A stretch of DNA of 64,000 bases from Gammaproteobacteria bacterium. GTDB taxonomy: Bacteria > Pseudomonadota > Gammaproteobacteria > Competibacterales > Competibacteraceae. The DNA is taken from positions 304,975 through 368,974 of the forward strand of contig JACKMZ010000002.1 in NCBI GenBank assembly GCA_024235135.1. Reading direction: 5' to 3'. Shown piece after piece: positions 10,194 through 20,459 of the stretch (positions within the stretch are counted from its first letter, which is position 1; the number at the start of each line of letters is the position of its first letter). A program made the position numbers and the translations under genes. The notes under the pieces were generated by a model, which was not told the DNA's origin, did not search any database, and saw nothing but the letters and a program-made list of their open reading frames with translations.

Positions 10194-11071
10194 GTCAGCG
10201 GGGCCATCAGCGTGGCCAGGAAGGGGCCATCGACCCGACCTAGATCTTCCTGAGTTTTCAGCAAGGACCCCAGGGTATCCCGGAGGATCTGAGGATCGTC
10301 ATCGAGTTTTCGAATATCGAGACTCAACAAAGCCACGGCCCAATCCAGGGTTTCCGCGATGCCCGGTTTCTTACGCAAATCCGTGGCCCTGAGCCGGTGG
10401 ACGAACTGAACGATTTGTGCCGCCAAATGCTCGTCGATATGCGGTAAGCGCCGGTTGACGATGGCCAGTTCCTTGCCAATGTCCGGGTAATCGAGATAGT
10501 GAAACAGGCAACGGCGGCGCAGCGCATCGCTCAGTTCGCGGGCGCCGTTGGACGTGAGTACGACGTAAGGGATGCTGCGCGCCTTGATGGTGCCCAATTC
10601 CGGGATGCTGATCTGAAAATCCGATAACACTTCCAGCAGATACGCTTCGAAGGCTTCGTCGGCGCGATCGACTTCATCGATCAGCAGCACCGGCGACTGT
10701 TCCTGGGTAATGGCTTTGAGCAAGGGGCGCGGCAGTAGGAAACGCTCGCTGAAAATCTCCGCCTCTTTGCGTGCGGGCTCGTACCCTGCCTGCTCATGAA
10801 GCTTCAAGGCCAGCAGTTGATGGGGGTAATTCCATTCGTAGACGGCGGCATTGGCATCCAGCCCTTCATAGCATTGCAGGCGGATCAGCGAGCAGGTGAA
10901 AGCTTCCGACAAAGCCTGGGCCACCGCCGTTTTACCGACGCCGGCATCGCCTTCCAGCAGCAACGGCCGACCGAGCCGGACCAGCAACATCAGCGCCGTC
11001 GCGAGAGAACGGTCGGCGATATAGCCGACCTGCTCCAACTGGTTCTGCAAAATGGAAATTTCTGCTGTCAA
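10190..11071 (-). CDS. MoxR-family AAA+ ATPase, CoxD-like
   Basis: It carries the Walker A motif 'LLEGDAGVGKT' and the Walker B motif 'LLIDEVDRA'. At about 293 aa it has the MoxR/AAA_3 architecture. Confidence 0.8.
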   Translation of the reverse strand: MTAEISILQNQLEQVGYIADRSLATALMLLVRLGRPLLLEGDAGVGKTAVAQALSEAFTCSLIRLQCYEGLDANAAVYEWNYPHQLLALKLHEQAGYEPARKEAEIFSERFLLPRPLLKAITQEQSPVLLIDEVDRADEAFEAYLLEVLSDFQISIPELGTIKARSIPYVVLTSNGARELSDALRRRCLFHYLDYPDIGKELAIVNRRLPHIDEHLAAQIVQFVHRLRATDLRKKPGIAETLDWAVALLSLDIRKLDDDPQILRDTLGSLLKTQEDLGRVDGPFLATLMAPLT

Positions 11072-11263
11072 AGCTTGCTCATATCACAGCATGGCGGCGT
11101 GCCGGCCGGACCAGAGTACAACCATGAAAATAATGGGTCTTACCAATTCGCAAGATTAGTGTGTATGTTCTAATTTTAGTGAATAGGATACGTGCCAATA
11201 AAATTTCGCACAGCAAGCTTTGATGCATATCAAACGATCAGGGATCGCCCAGGGGGATTCGCC

Positions 11264-11446
11264 ATGAACAGGAGCCAAAACAGTTATTACCCCTTCATTT
11301 GGTTTGATCGGGGAGGCTGGTGGTTCAAGGCCTACGATGAGTGCTTTGGACCTTACGAACACGCTGCAGATGCGCGCTACAGTCTGTCTGTACTTCAGCA
11401 ATTGAGTCGTCAATTGCGTGATGAGCTGCGCTCTCACCATTCTTGA
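11264..11446 (+). CDS. Small hypothetical protein (60 aa)
   Basis: The ATG is preceded by a GGGGGA ribosome-binding site. A strong terminator hairpin follows about 100 bp downstream. I recognise no homology. Confidence 0.25.
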   Translation: MNRSQNSYYPFIWFDRGGWWFKAYDECFGPYEHAADARYSLSVLQQLSRQLRDELRSHHS

Positions 11447-11547
11447 TGGCCTGTCGCGGGTAACGAATCACTAGTAAAACGATAACTCCCAGGCCATATA
11501 GCCGATTGCCCGCTTGTCGCTAGGGGGCTACCTGCCCCTAGTCGTAG

Positions 11548-11584
11548 CCAACAACAGCCCGCAAGGGCTGTTGTTGTTTTCGAG
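11548..11584 (+). terminator. Rho-independent terminator-like hairpin (ccaacaacagccc-gcaa-gggctgttgttg, then TTTTCG)
   Basis: A perfect 12 bp GC-rich stem with a tetraloop is followed by a U-tract. It lies in the ~250 nt leader upstream of metH. Confidence 0.5.
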
Positions 11585-11703
11585 GATGCCATTCCCCCCC
11601 GACCCATTGGCGGCTCAGGATTGCGCCGATGGGTCAATCCGTACAGAATCCTGTTCCGAACCCCGATCATTCAAAATTCCAGCAAACCGAGCGAGTTTGA
11701 TCC

Positions 11704-14700
11704 ATGAACAATGAACGCATCGCCCAACTCAAGAGAATCCTGGAAGAACGCATTGTGATTCTGGATGGCGCCATGGGCACCATGATCCAGGGTTACAAGC
11801 TGACCGAAGGCGATTACCGGGGCGAGCGTTTCCGCAACTGGCCCAGCGATCTCAAGGGCAACAACGATTTGCTGGTGCTCACCCAACCCGACGTGATCCG
11901 CGAGATTCACACCGCCTATCTGAAGGCCGGCGCGGACATCATCGAGACCAACACCTTCAATTCCACCGCCATTTCGATGGCGGATTACCGCATGGAGGAA
12001 CTGGTTTACGAGTTGAATCTAAGCGCCGCGCGACTGGCTCGGGAGGCGGCCGACGCCGTGGCCCAGGCGACCGGCCAGCCGCGTTTCGTGGCCGGGGTGT
12101 TGGGGCCGACCAATCGGACCTGTTCGCTGTCGCCGGATGTGAACAATCCGGGATTTCGCAACGTCAGCTTCGCCGAACTGGTCGCCACTTACAGCGAGGC
12201 GACCCGTGCGTTGGTGGAAGGCGGCGCCGATGTGCTGCTGGTGGAAACCATTTTCGATACGCTGAACGCCAAGGCGGCCCTGTTCGCCATCATGCAATAT
12301 CGCGAACAAAATGGCGTGGACATCCCCATCATGATTTCGGGGACCATCACCGATGCTTCGGGCCGTACCCTGTCCGGCCAAGTGACCGAAGCCTTCTGGA
12401 ACTCGGTCCGCCATGCCGAGCCGCTGAGCATCGGTTTGAATTGCGCGCTCGGCGCGGCGCAACTGCGCCCGTATGTCGAGGAATTGTCGCGCATCGCGGA
12501 TACTCTTGTCTCGGCCCATCCCAATGCCGGCCTGCCTAACGAATTCGGGGAATACGACCAGGGCCCCGAGGAAATGGCCCTGATTATCCGTGAGTTCGCC
12601 GAGTCGGGTTTCGTTAACATCATCGGAGGTTGCTGCGGCACCACGCCGGCGCATATCCGCGCGATCGCCGAGGCGGTGCGCCGCCTCCCGCGCCGCGATA
12701 TTCCCGAGATTCCCCGACAGTGCCGTTTGTCGGGTCTGGAGCCCTGCAACATCGGTCTCGATTCGCTGTTCGTGAATGTCGGCGAACGCACCAATATCAC
12801 CGGTTCGGCTAAGTTCCGGCGCTTGATCAAGGCCGACGATTACAGCGCGGCCCTGGATATCGCCCGCCAGCAGGTGGAAAACGGCGCGCAGGTCATCGAC
12901 GTCAACATGGACGAAGGCATGCTGGATTCCGAGCAGGCCATGACCCGTTTTCTCTATCTCGTGGCCGCCGAACCGGACATTGCGCGGGTGCCGGTGATGA
13001 TCGATTCCTCCAAATGGTCGGTGATCGAGGCGGCGCTGCAATGCGTGCAGGGCAAATCGGTGGTCAATTCCATCAGCCTCAAGGAAGGCGAGGAAGCTTT
13101 CATCCATCATGCCAAGCTGGTGCGTCGCTACGGCGCGGCCGTCATCGTCATGGCCTTCGACGAAAGCGGTCAGGCCGATACCCGCCAGCGCAAGATCGAG
13201 ATTTGCCAACGCTCCTATCGAATACTCACCGAGCAGGTCGGTTTTCCCGCCGAGGACATCATTTTCGATCCCAATATCTTCGCGGTCGCCACCGGCATCG
13301 AGGAACACAACAACTATTCGGTGGATTTCATCGAGGCGACGAGAGAAATCAAGCGCACCCTGCCGCACGCACTGATTTCCGGTGGCGTGTCCAATGTGTC
13401 CTTCTCGTTCCGTGGCAACGACGCCGTGCGCGAAGCCATGCATTCGGTGTTTCTCTATCACGCCATTCAGGCGGGCATGGACATGGGCATCGTCAATGCC
13501 GGGCAGTTGGCCATTTACGAGGAAATCCCCCTGGAACTGCGGGAACGGGTCGAGGACGTCATCCTCAATCGCCGTCTGGATGCTACCGAGCGGTTGCTGG
13601 AGATCGCCGAGTCCTATAAAGGCGGCGGTACCCAAACCAAGAAGGAGGATCTGGCCTGGCGAGAATGGCCGGTGGCCAAACGCCTGGCACATGCCCTGGT
13701 CAAGGGAATCGACGAATATATCGAGAGCGACGCCGAGGAAGCCCGCCAGCGGGCGGAACGGCCGCTGCACGTGATCGAAGGGCCGTTGATGGACGGGATG
13801 AACGTAGTCGGCGATCTGTTCGGAGCCGGCAAGATGTTCTTGCCGCAGGTCGTGAAATCGGCGCGGGTCATGAAAAAAGCCGTGGCGCATCTGATCCCTT
13901 TTATCGAGGCGGAAAAAGCCGAAGGCGAGAAATCCCGCTCCAACGGCAAAATCGTCCTGGCCACGGTGAAAGGCGATGTGCACGACATCGGCAAGAACAT
14001 CGTCGGTGTGGTGCTTCAGTGCAACAACTTCGAGGTATTCGATCTCGGGGTGATGGTGCCGGCGCAAAAGATTCTCGATACCGCGCGGGAGGTCGGAGCC
14101 GACATGATCGGCCTGTCCGGTCTCATCACCCCGTCCTTGGACGAGATGGTGCACGTGGCCAAGGAGATGGACAGGCAGGCGTTTTCCCTGCCTTTGCTGA
14201 TCGGCGGGGCGACGACTTCGCAGATCCACACGGCGGTGAAAATCGATCCGCAATACGAACAGGCCGTGGTCTACGTCAAGGATGCCTCGCGCGCCGTCGG
14301 GGTGGCGCAAAATCTGATCAGCGAGACGTCGCGGGCGGACTACACGGCCCGCATCAAGGCCGATTACGTAGCCAAGCGCGAACAGCACAAGAATCGCCGC
14401 AGCCGGGAAGCCTCATTGACGCTGGACGAGGCGCGCGCCAACAAACCGGCTATCGACTGGCCGGCCTACGCGCCGACTCGGCCCCGGTTTCTGGGGGGGC
14501 TGACCCTGGCCGACTATCCATTGGAGGAACTGGTCGAACGCATCGACTGGACGCCGTTTTTCCAGACCTGGGAATTGCGCGGGCGTTTCCCCAAGATTCT
14601 CGACGACGAGACCGTCGGCGAGCACGCCCGCCAGCTATACCGGGATGCGCAAGCCATGCTGGAACGGGTGATCGAGGAAAAATGGCTGATCGCGCACGGC

Positions 14701-15402
14701 GTGATCGGCTTTTTCCCGGCCAATACCGTGGGCGATGACGATATCGAAATCTACGCTGACGAGGCGCGTGATCGGGTCTTGATGACCGTGCATCATTTGC
14801 GGCAGCAAAACCGCCGTCCGGCGGGCAAACCGAATCAAAGCCTGGCCGATTGGCTGGCGCCCAAGGACAGTGGCGTGGCGGATTATCTCGGCGCGTTTGC
14901 CGTGACAGCCGGGTTGGGCATCGAGGATCGTCTGGCCCATTTCGCGCGCGACCATGACGACTACAGCAGCATCCTGTTGAAGGCTCTGGCGGATCGTCTG
15001 GCCGAAGCCTTCGCCGAGCGTCTGCACGAACGGGTGCGCAAGGAATTCTGGGGATACGCGGCCGACGAACGGCTTAACAACGAAGCCCTGATCGACGAAG
15101 CCTATCAGGGCATTCGCCCCGCTCCCGGCTATCCGGCTTGCCCGGATCATACCGAGAAAGGGTTGCTCTGGGATTTGCTGGAAGTGGAGCGCAAGGCGGC
15201 CATCCATCTCACCGAGAGCTACGCCATGTTGCCGGCGGCGGCGGTGTCGGGCTGGTATTTCGCGCACCCGAAAGCCCGTTATTTCGGTTTGGGCAAAATC
15301 GAACGCGATCAGGTGGAGGATTATGCCAGGCGCAAGGGCATGAGTCTGGCCGAGGCCGAGCGTTGGCTGGCCCCCAACCTGAATTACGAACCCGAGGATT
15401 GA
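11704..15402 (+). CDS. metH: Cobalamin-dependent methionine synthase
   Basis: The 1232 aa ORF has the Hcy-binding, pterin-binding, B12-binding ('[11 protein letters not shown]') and AdoMet-activation domains in canonical order. Confidence 0.95.
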   Translation: MNNERIAQLKRILEERIVILDGAMGTMIQGYKLTEGDYRGERFRNWPSDLKGNNDLLVLTQPDVIREIHTAYLKAGADIIETNTFNSTAISMADYRMEELVYELNLSAARLAREAADAVAQATGQPRFVAGVLGPTNRTCSLSPDVNNPGFRNVSFAELVATYSEATRALVEGGADVLLVETIFDTLNAKAALFAIMQYREQNGVDIPIMISGTITDASGRTLSGQVTEAFWNSVRHAEPLSIGLNCALGAAQLRPYVEELSRIADTLVSAHPNAGLPNEFGEYDQGPEEMALIIREFAESGFVNIIGGCCGTTPAHIRAIAEAVRRLPRRDIPEIPRQCRLSGLEPCNIGLDSLFVNVGERTNITGSAKFRRLIKADDYSAALDIARQQVENGAQVIDVNMDEGMLDSEQAMTRFLYLVAAEPDIARVPVMIDSSKWSVIEAALQCVQGKSVVNSISLKEGEEAFIHHAKLVRRYGAAVIVMAFDESGQADTRQRKIEICQRSYRILTEQVGFPAEDIIFDPNIFAVATGIEEHNNYSVDFIEATREIKRTLPHALISGGVSNVSFSFRGNDAVREAMHSVFLYHAIQAGMDMGIVNAGQLAIYEEIPLELRERVEDVILNRRLDATERLLEIAESYKGGGTQTKKEDLAWREWPVAKRLAHALVKGIDEYIESDAEEARQRAERPLHVIEGPLMDGMNVVGDLFGAGKMFLPQVVKSARVMKKAVAHLIPFIEAEKAEGEKSRSNGKIVLATVKGDVHDIGKNIVGVVLQCNNFEVFDLGVMVPAQKILDTAREVGADMIGLSGLITPSLDEMVHVAKEMDRQAFSLPLLIGGATTSQIHTAVKIDPQYEQAVVYVKDASRAVGVAQNLISETSRADYTARIKADYVAKREQHKNRRSREASLTLDEARANKPAIDWPAYAPTRPRFLGGLTLADYPLEELVERIDWTPFFQTWELRGRFPKILDDETVGEHARQLYRDAQAMLERVIEEKWLIAHGVIGFFPANTVGDDDIEIYADEARDRVLMTVHHLRQQNRRPAGKPNQSLADWLAPKDSGVADYLGAFAVTAGLGIEDRLAHFARDHDDYSSILLKALADRLAEAFAERLHERVRKEFWGYAADERLNNEALIDEAYQGIRPAPGYPACPDHTEKGLLWDLLEVERKAAIHLTESYAMLPAAAVSGWYFAHPKARYFGLGKIERDQVEDYARRKGMSLAEAERWLAPNLNYEPED

Positions 15403-15435
15403 CAGCCAATAACCCGTATCCGAGAGAGGCGTGAC

Positions 15436-16119
15436 ATGACTCAAAGACTGGCAGGAAAACGCGTGTTGCTGACTCAGGTCGACCGCTTCATGGGGCCGGA
15501 CGTCAATGAACTGTTCGCGGCCGAAGGAGCAACGATCATCGGCGATTCCGGGGCCTTGGCGAGCACCGAGGAAGCGAATCGCCTGGCGGAAGCGACCGGA
15601 CCGGTCGATGTGCTGATCGCCAATCTGGCGGAAAGCAACCGGCCCAGTCCCATTGGCGAGATAAGCGACGAGGACTGGTTTAGCTTGTTCGATGCGCTGG
15701 TGCATCCCTTGATGCGGGTGATGCGGGCCGTGCTGCCGGGTATGATCGAGCGTGGACGGGGTAAGGTCGTGGTATTGGGTAGCGCCGCGCCGTTACGTGG
15801 GGCGCCCGGTTACGGAGCCTACTGCACCGCGCGGGGCGCGCAATTGTCGCTGGTCCGGGCCGTCGGATTGGAAGTCGCCCGGCACAACGTCCAGGTCAAC
15901 GCCATCGCCCAGAATTTCGTGGAGAATCCAACGTATTATCCGCCGGAGATGTTGGCCGATACCGCCCAAGTCGAACGGATGAAAAAGATGATTCCCGCGC
16001 GACGTTTCGCCAAGGGCGTGGAAACGGCGGAACTGGCTTTGTTTCTCGCGTCGGAAAGCAGCGACTTCATCAGCGGTCAAGTGATTCCCTTGGCGGGAGG
16101 ATGGGTGACGACGATGTGA
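15436..16119 (+). CDS. Atypical short-chain dehydrogenase/reductase-like NAD(P)-binding protein
   Basis: It is 227 aa with a Rossmann-like N-terminus and an SDR-like YxxxR/K region ('GYGAYCTARG'). The glycine motif is non-canonical. Confidence 0.45.
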   Translation: MTQRLAGKRVLLTQVDRFMGPDVNELFAAEGATIIGDSGALASTEEANRLAEATGPVDVLIANLAESNRPSPIGEISDEDWFSLFDALVHPLMRVMRAVLPGMIERGRGKVVVLGSAAPLRGAPGYGAYCTARGAQLSLVRAVGLEVARHNVQVNAIAQNFVENPTYYPPEMLADTAQVERMKKMIPARRFAKGVETAELALFLASESSDFISGQVIPLAGGWVTTM

Positions 16120-16149
16120 GCGGGGCCGACGAAGTGCGCCTAGAGCGGC

Positions 16150-16470
16150 TTGCTAAGCCGCTTTCACGCCTGTCGGCCGCTGGCTATAATGGGGCTCCAC
16201 TCTCATTGCGAGCCCCCGCCCATGGCACCCAAAGCAACGGAAATCATAGTCTCTAACAGGGTCGTTAGGACTCTCGGACAACGCCGCTCGATGCGGGCCA
16301 GTCTGGAACAGCGTGAACGGATGATTGCCGAAGCCGCTTATTATCTGGCCGAGGCGCGCGGGTTTCAGGGCGGCTCCCCGGTTCAGGACTGGCTGGATGC
16401 CGAAGCGACCATCGACCGCCAGTATTTTCAAATCCCCGCCGCGCTGCGTAATTCGCTGGTTTTCCTGTAA
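16150..16470 (+). CDS. DUF2934-domain protein
   Basis: The block 'RERMIAEAAYYLAEARGFQGGSPVQDWLDAEATI' matches the DUF2934 signature as I remember it. Confidence 0.4.
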   Translation: MLSRFHACRPLAIMGLHSHCEPPPMAPKATEIIVSNRVVRTLGQRRSMRASLEQRERMIAEAAYYLAEARGFQGGSPVQDWLDAEATIDRQYFQIPAALRNSLVFL

Positions 16471-16491
16471 AGCCGACGAGTTACGCCAACC

Positions 16492-17289
16492 TTAACGGCA
16501 CAGATTCTCGCACGGCGTACCGTCGCCATTGTGATCCAGATAATCCAGACCACAGACCACGAAGTAAAAACGCGCCTCGTCGCAATCGCGTAATTCCTCG
16601 CAGCGGGGGCGACGGCGGCACAAACGCGGGTATGGGCTAGAGGGGTTGGCCGCCCCGGTTGACGCGCCTTGCTGTGGCCGTGGCGTGAGTTCGATGCGCT
16701 GAATCTCGTCTTCACCCGCGCAAGCTTTCTCGCTGTACGACACCGAGCCGTCGGGACGCCGGCAGCGATGGACGACTGTGGTCCGCCATTCCGGCGTTGG
16801 CGTCTGACTGTGGCGGAATATCCAGGGCGGCAGCGGCTCGGTATCGGCCCATAAACCCCGGCGGGCTTGACGCGCCTGCTGTTCGATGGGGAACAGGGAC
16901 CGGTCCTTGGCGTATTGCCGATAGGACCAGGCCAATCCCAAACGCAGCATTTCCGCGCTGATGTCCAGATTGCTCACGTAAACCCGGCCGACGATCCGGC
17001 CGTAATGATCGCGGGTTTTTTCCACGACGCGCGCCGTCTTATGCAGTGTCAGATGCGCCAAGCTCCGCCGCGCCTGTGGCCCGTAATGCTGCGCTAATTC
17101 CGGGGCGTCGATTTCCGCCAGGCGAATGCGCAAAACGTCGCCGTCGGGTGTCCGCAAGGCAAGCGTATCGCCGTCGTGCACGGCCATGACGCGGCCCGTG
17201 TACACGGTTTCCGCGACGCTTGACGCAGCAATCGCTAACAATCCCAGGATCAAACAAAGCAGGCGGATAGGTGGGCAGCGGGCGAACAC
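16492..17289 (-). CDS. Secreted thermonuclease (SNase-like) with a C-terminal Excalibur-like Ca-binding motif
   Basis: It has a signal peptide and the SNase block 'VHDGDTLALR..GDVLRIRLAEIDAPE'. The C-terminal 'DYLDHNGDGTPCE' resembles the Excalibur DxDxDGxxCE motif. Confidence 0.7.
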   Translation of the reverse strand: MFARCPPIRLLCLILGLLAIAASSVAETVYTGRVMAVHDGDTLALRTPDGDVLRIRLAEIDAPELAQHYGPQARRSLAHLTLHKTARVVEKTRDHYGRIVGRVYVSNLDISAEMLRLGLAWSYRQYAKDRSLFPIEQQARQARRGLWADTEPLPPWIFRHSQTPTPEWRTTVVHRCRRPDGSVSYSEKACAGEDEIQRIELTPRPQQGASTGAANPSSPYPRLCRRRPRCEELRDCDEARFYFVVCGLDYLDHNGDGTPCENLCR

Positions 17290-17299
17290 GGAGACTCCA

Positions 17300-17812
17300 T
17301 CAATCAGCCGTGGGCTGAGCCACGCGATACAGACGAAAACCGCGCGCCTGATAATTGGCCAATGCGGCGGGATGGTCCAATGAGCAGGTATGGACCCATA
17401 CGCGGGTGGCGTCCCACGCCCAGGCGTGTTGCACGGCCGAGGTCAACAGCCAGCCGCCATAGCCGTGGCCGATGAAGGATTCGGTCAGACCGAAATAGAT
17501 GATTTCCACATCGAAACCGTCCGGGCGCTTTTGCCGTTGCAATTCGTAATAACCGACGATGGCCCCGTGCTCATAAGCGATATATGTTTTCAGGTTCGGA
17601 GCGTAAACGTAGGTTTGCCAGGCGTCATCGGACCAGCCGAGTTTGTCGGTCCATTGCCATTGTTCGCCCACCCAGCGATACAGAAAGCGGTTCAAGCGAT
17701 GTTGCTTGACGAGGCATTCAGCGACCGTCGGAGTGCCCGGTGCCGGCGGGCTGGGTTCGAGATGGCCGGGATCGCGCATCTCCAGGTAGTAAATCGTGAC
17801 GGGCTCCATCAA
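17300..17812 (-). CDS. GNAT family N-acetyltransferase
   Basis: It is 170 aa with the acetyl-CoA-binding region 'IGHGYGGWLL'. Confidence 0.7.
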   Translation of the reverse strand: MMEPVTIYYLEMRDPGHLEPSPPAPGTPTVAECLVKQHRLNRFLYRWVGEQWQWTDKLGWSDDAWQTYVYAPNLKTYIAYEHGAIVGYYELQRQKRPDGFDVEIIYFGLTESFIGHGYGGWLLTSAVQHAWAWDATRVWVHTCSLDHPAALANYQARGFRLYRVAQPTAD

Positions 17813-17922
17813 TATTTTCCGGATTTTTATTGACCGTTGATTTGGAAATTCAGGCGACCCATGCGGTTAGGCTGCGTGGTACGGGTCCCAAGACTCAATT
17901 GTTTTCGTGTGAGGTGGATGCC

Positions 17923-18990
17923 ATGAGCTTGTTCAAGAAGTTTTGGCGCAGCACCCGTCGCCCGACGCCGAGCAAACAGGAAGCGGCTTTGGGTTGCCTG
18001 CTCGGTGCTTGCGTGGGCGACGCGGCGGGGGCCACCCTGGAATTTCTGGGCCATCAGCCGACGCCTGACGAAGTCGATAAAGCCGTCAGGATGCCGGGCG
18101 GCGGCGTGCTGCGGGTTGCGCCCGGACAGATTACCGACGACGGCGAACTGACGCTATGTCTGGCGCGCGCATTGAGCGCCTCGCGACAATTCGATAGCGA
18201 AGCGATCGCCCGGCAATACGCCGAATGGGTGCGTAGCAAACCCTTTGACATCGGGTTCACCACCCGCCGTTCGTTGGGATGTTTTCACGAAGACTACGGC
18301 AGTTTTCAGGAAGACGGCTATTTCCGTTCGGTCTGCGAGCAGCAAGGCTACGCCGCGGCGATGCGCGAATCGGCGGCGAAATACTGCATGGGCTCCAAAG
18401 CCAACGGCGCACTCATGCGCATCGCGCCGCTGGGGGTGTGGGGTTATCGTCGGGACATCGACGAACTGGCGGATTACGCGCGACAGGATTCCAGCCTTTC
18501 CCATCCCGAGGAAAGCTGCTGGCAAGCCTCGGCCTGTTACGTGATCGCCATCGCTAGTCTGATCGACCGGCCGGGCGACCGAAGCCGCGCGTTCGAGAGG
18601 GCTGAACAGTGGGCGGAAAGGCAGGCCAACACGGAAGTCCGTGGCTGGCTAAACAATGCGCGGCAACAGGTCGAGGCGCCCTATGTGCCGCAGATCGGCT
18701 TCGTGCGGATCGCCTTTGCGCACGCTTTCCGGCATCTACTGCTGGGCAGTGATTACGTCTCCGCATTAAAAGAAACCTTGGCCGGTGGGGGCGATACCGA
18801 CACCAATGCCTGTATCGTCGGTGGATTGATCGGCGCGGCCTGCGGGGTCAGTCAAATACCCGACGAGATGTTGCAGCCGGTGTTGAGTTGCGATACCCGG
18901 CAAGGTGCGTATGAGCGGCCGGATTTTCTGAGCGCGGGGCAGTTGCCGGCGTTGGTGGAGGCGTTGCTTGTTCAATCTGGGGCCGAATGA
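17923..18990 (+). CDS. ADP-ribosylglycohydrolase family protein (DraG/ARH-like)
   Basis: It carries the 'GCLLGACVGDAAGATLEF' and 'GGDTDTNACIVGGLIGAA' metal-binding motifs of PF03747. The likely start is the internal ATG at 17923. Its last ~20 codons lie inside direct-repeat copy A. Confidence 0.8.
   Translation: MSLFKKFWRSTRRPTPSKQEAALGCLLGACVGDAAGATLEFLGHQPTPDEVDKAVRMPGGGVLRVAPGQITDDGELTLCLARALSASRQFDSEAIARQYAEWVRSKPFDIGFTTRRSLGCFHEDYGSFQEDGYFRSVCEQQGYAAAMRESAAKYCMGSKANGALMRIAPLGVWGYRRDIDELADYARQDSSLSHPEESCWQASACYVIAIASLIDRPGDRSRAFERAEQWAERQANTEVRGWLNNARQQVEAPYVPQIGFVRIAFAHAFRHLLLGSDYVSALKETLAGGGDTDTNACIVGGLIGAACGVSQIPDEMLQPVLSCDTRQGAYERPDFLSAGQLPALVEALLVQSGAE
18924..18990 (+). repeat. Direct repeat copy A: 3'-terminal coding segment of the ADP-ribosylglycohydrolase gene
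   Basis: It shares a 28 bp identical core (gcggggcagttgccggcgttggtggagg) and about 65 bp of overall similarity with 23374..23440. Both copies end in TGA in the same frame and encode ..AGQLPALVE.. Confidence 0.8.
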
Positions 18991-19444
18991 GCCGGTACTG
19001 TTTCAGGGCTTTGGAACCTTGCGTTTCGAAATGGGCATCAACGGCTATCGCGCCGAGCCGTTCTCGCTGCATGCTTTAACGCTGCCTGGATTTCGTCGTC
19101 GGTTTTTTGCGGGCCGTCGTATTGCAGGCAACCGGCTACGTCGTCGATGTGGGTTGGCTCGAATGGCGTCTTGGGTTTTTCTGGATGGCCTTGTTGTTTC
19201 CAAGGTGGTCATTCCTGTTGGTGCGACGTGAAGTGGGTTGTGCGTTCCGCTGTCAATTTCTTTCGGCCGGCAAAATCTTGCAGAAATGATTGTTTCAGAT
19301 TCATGCGTGGACTAGATAAAGGGGTGACACTCTTTATTCGAGAAGCCAACGCGGGGGCGCAAAGCGAAAACGTGATTTATCCCAAGATGTTAATGCGATT
19401 GATAACGCGCGGGATGAGGGGCGGTATGAGTTGGGGATAGAAAA

Positions 19445-20440
19445 ATGGCTAGTGCAGATCAATTAAAGGCGCTTCTAAAGTCGCATCTTGAGGGCGATAA
19501 CGAGCGATTTTTTTCCGTGGCGATGCAGGTAGCGGCGCACGAAGCAAAGCTAGGCCATGGCCGGCTAGCGGTAGAGTTGCGGGCCTTGATTGACCAAGCT
19601 AAGGCGCGTCGGGGGATGCCGCCGCAAGTTAGCGACAGGGCGATTCCTATCAGCCGCCCTCGCGGCGAACTGGTGGGATTACTCTCAGTAAGCTATCCGA
19701 AGGCGCGCCTCGGGGAAATGGTGTTGGATGACATCCTGTCGAGTCAGCTCAATCGAATCATCAAGGAACAGCGTCAGGCATCGCAAATTCTCGCTCACGG
19801 TTTGAATCCGAGAAGAAAATTGTTGCTGATGGGGCCACCGGGTACCGGAAAGACGATGACCGCATCGGTACTTGCGGGCGAATTAGGTTTGCCGTTGTTC
19901 CAAGTGCGTCTTGACGGGTTGATCACCAAGTATATGGGTGAGACTGCCGCCAAATTGCGGCAGGTATTTGAGGCAACAGACCGCACGCGGGGCGTGTATT
20001 TCTTTGATGAATTTGATGCCATTGGATCACAGCGTGGTCTGGTGAATGATGTCGGTGAGGTTCGACGGGTCTTGAATAGCTTCCTGCAGATGATCGAGCA
20101 GGATGAGTCCCACAGCCTGATCGTAGCGGCGACCAATCATCCCGAGATTTTGGATCACGCATTGTTTCGCCGCTTCGACGACGTGTTGCACTACGGGTTG
20201 CCGGATGAGCGCCATATAGCCGCGATGCTCAAGTCCCGCCTTGGGCGGATGGCGGCCAAAGGCGTTTCATGGACGCGGCTTGCTAGTGGGGCTGTCGGTC
20301 TGAGCTACGCTGAAGTGGCGCGCGCGTCGGACGACGTGCTGAAGGAGGCATTGATTGAGGATCGCAAGGAAATTACAGAAGAGGACATTCTGCAGGCGTT
20401 GCAGGAAAGGCTGCGGATCATAGAGCGACTCAAGTCGTGA
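19445..20440 (+). CDS. Classical AAA ATPase (IetA-like)
   Basis: It has the Walker A motif 'LLMGPPGTGKTMTA' and the Walker B motif 'VYFFDEFDAIG', with second-region-of-homology features. At 331 aa it is a single AAA module. Confidence 0.8.
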   Translation: MASADQLKALLKSHLEGDNERFFSVAMQVAAHEAKLGHGRLAVELRALIDQAKARRGMPPQVSDRAIPISRPRGELVGLLSVSYPKARLGEMVLDDILSSQLNRIIKEQRQASQILAHGLNPRRKLLLMGPPGTGKTMTASVLAGELGLPLFQVRLDGLITKYMGETAAKLRQVFEATDRTRGVYFFDEFDAIGSQRGLVNDVGEVRRVLNSFLQMIEQDESHSLIVAATNHPEILDHALFRRFDDVLHYGLPDERHIAAMLKSRLGRMAAKGVSWTRLASGAVGLSYAEVARASDDVLKEALIEDRKEITEEDILQALQERLRIIERLKS

Positions 20441-20459
20441 TAACGAAAGATTCTGGGAA

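Noticed and set aside
11585-11703. SAH riboswitch upstream of metH
   Set aside because: I looked for the conserved SAH-element blocks and found only a loose resemblance (GGCUCAGGA). That is not enough to call it.
12019-14388. A 789 aa ORF on the minus strand inside metH
   Set aside because: It is antisense to a confidently identified gene. Its composition (Arg/Gly/His-rich, low complexity) is typical of GC-rich off-frame artefacts.
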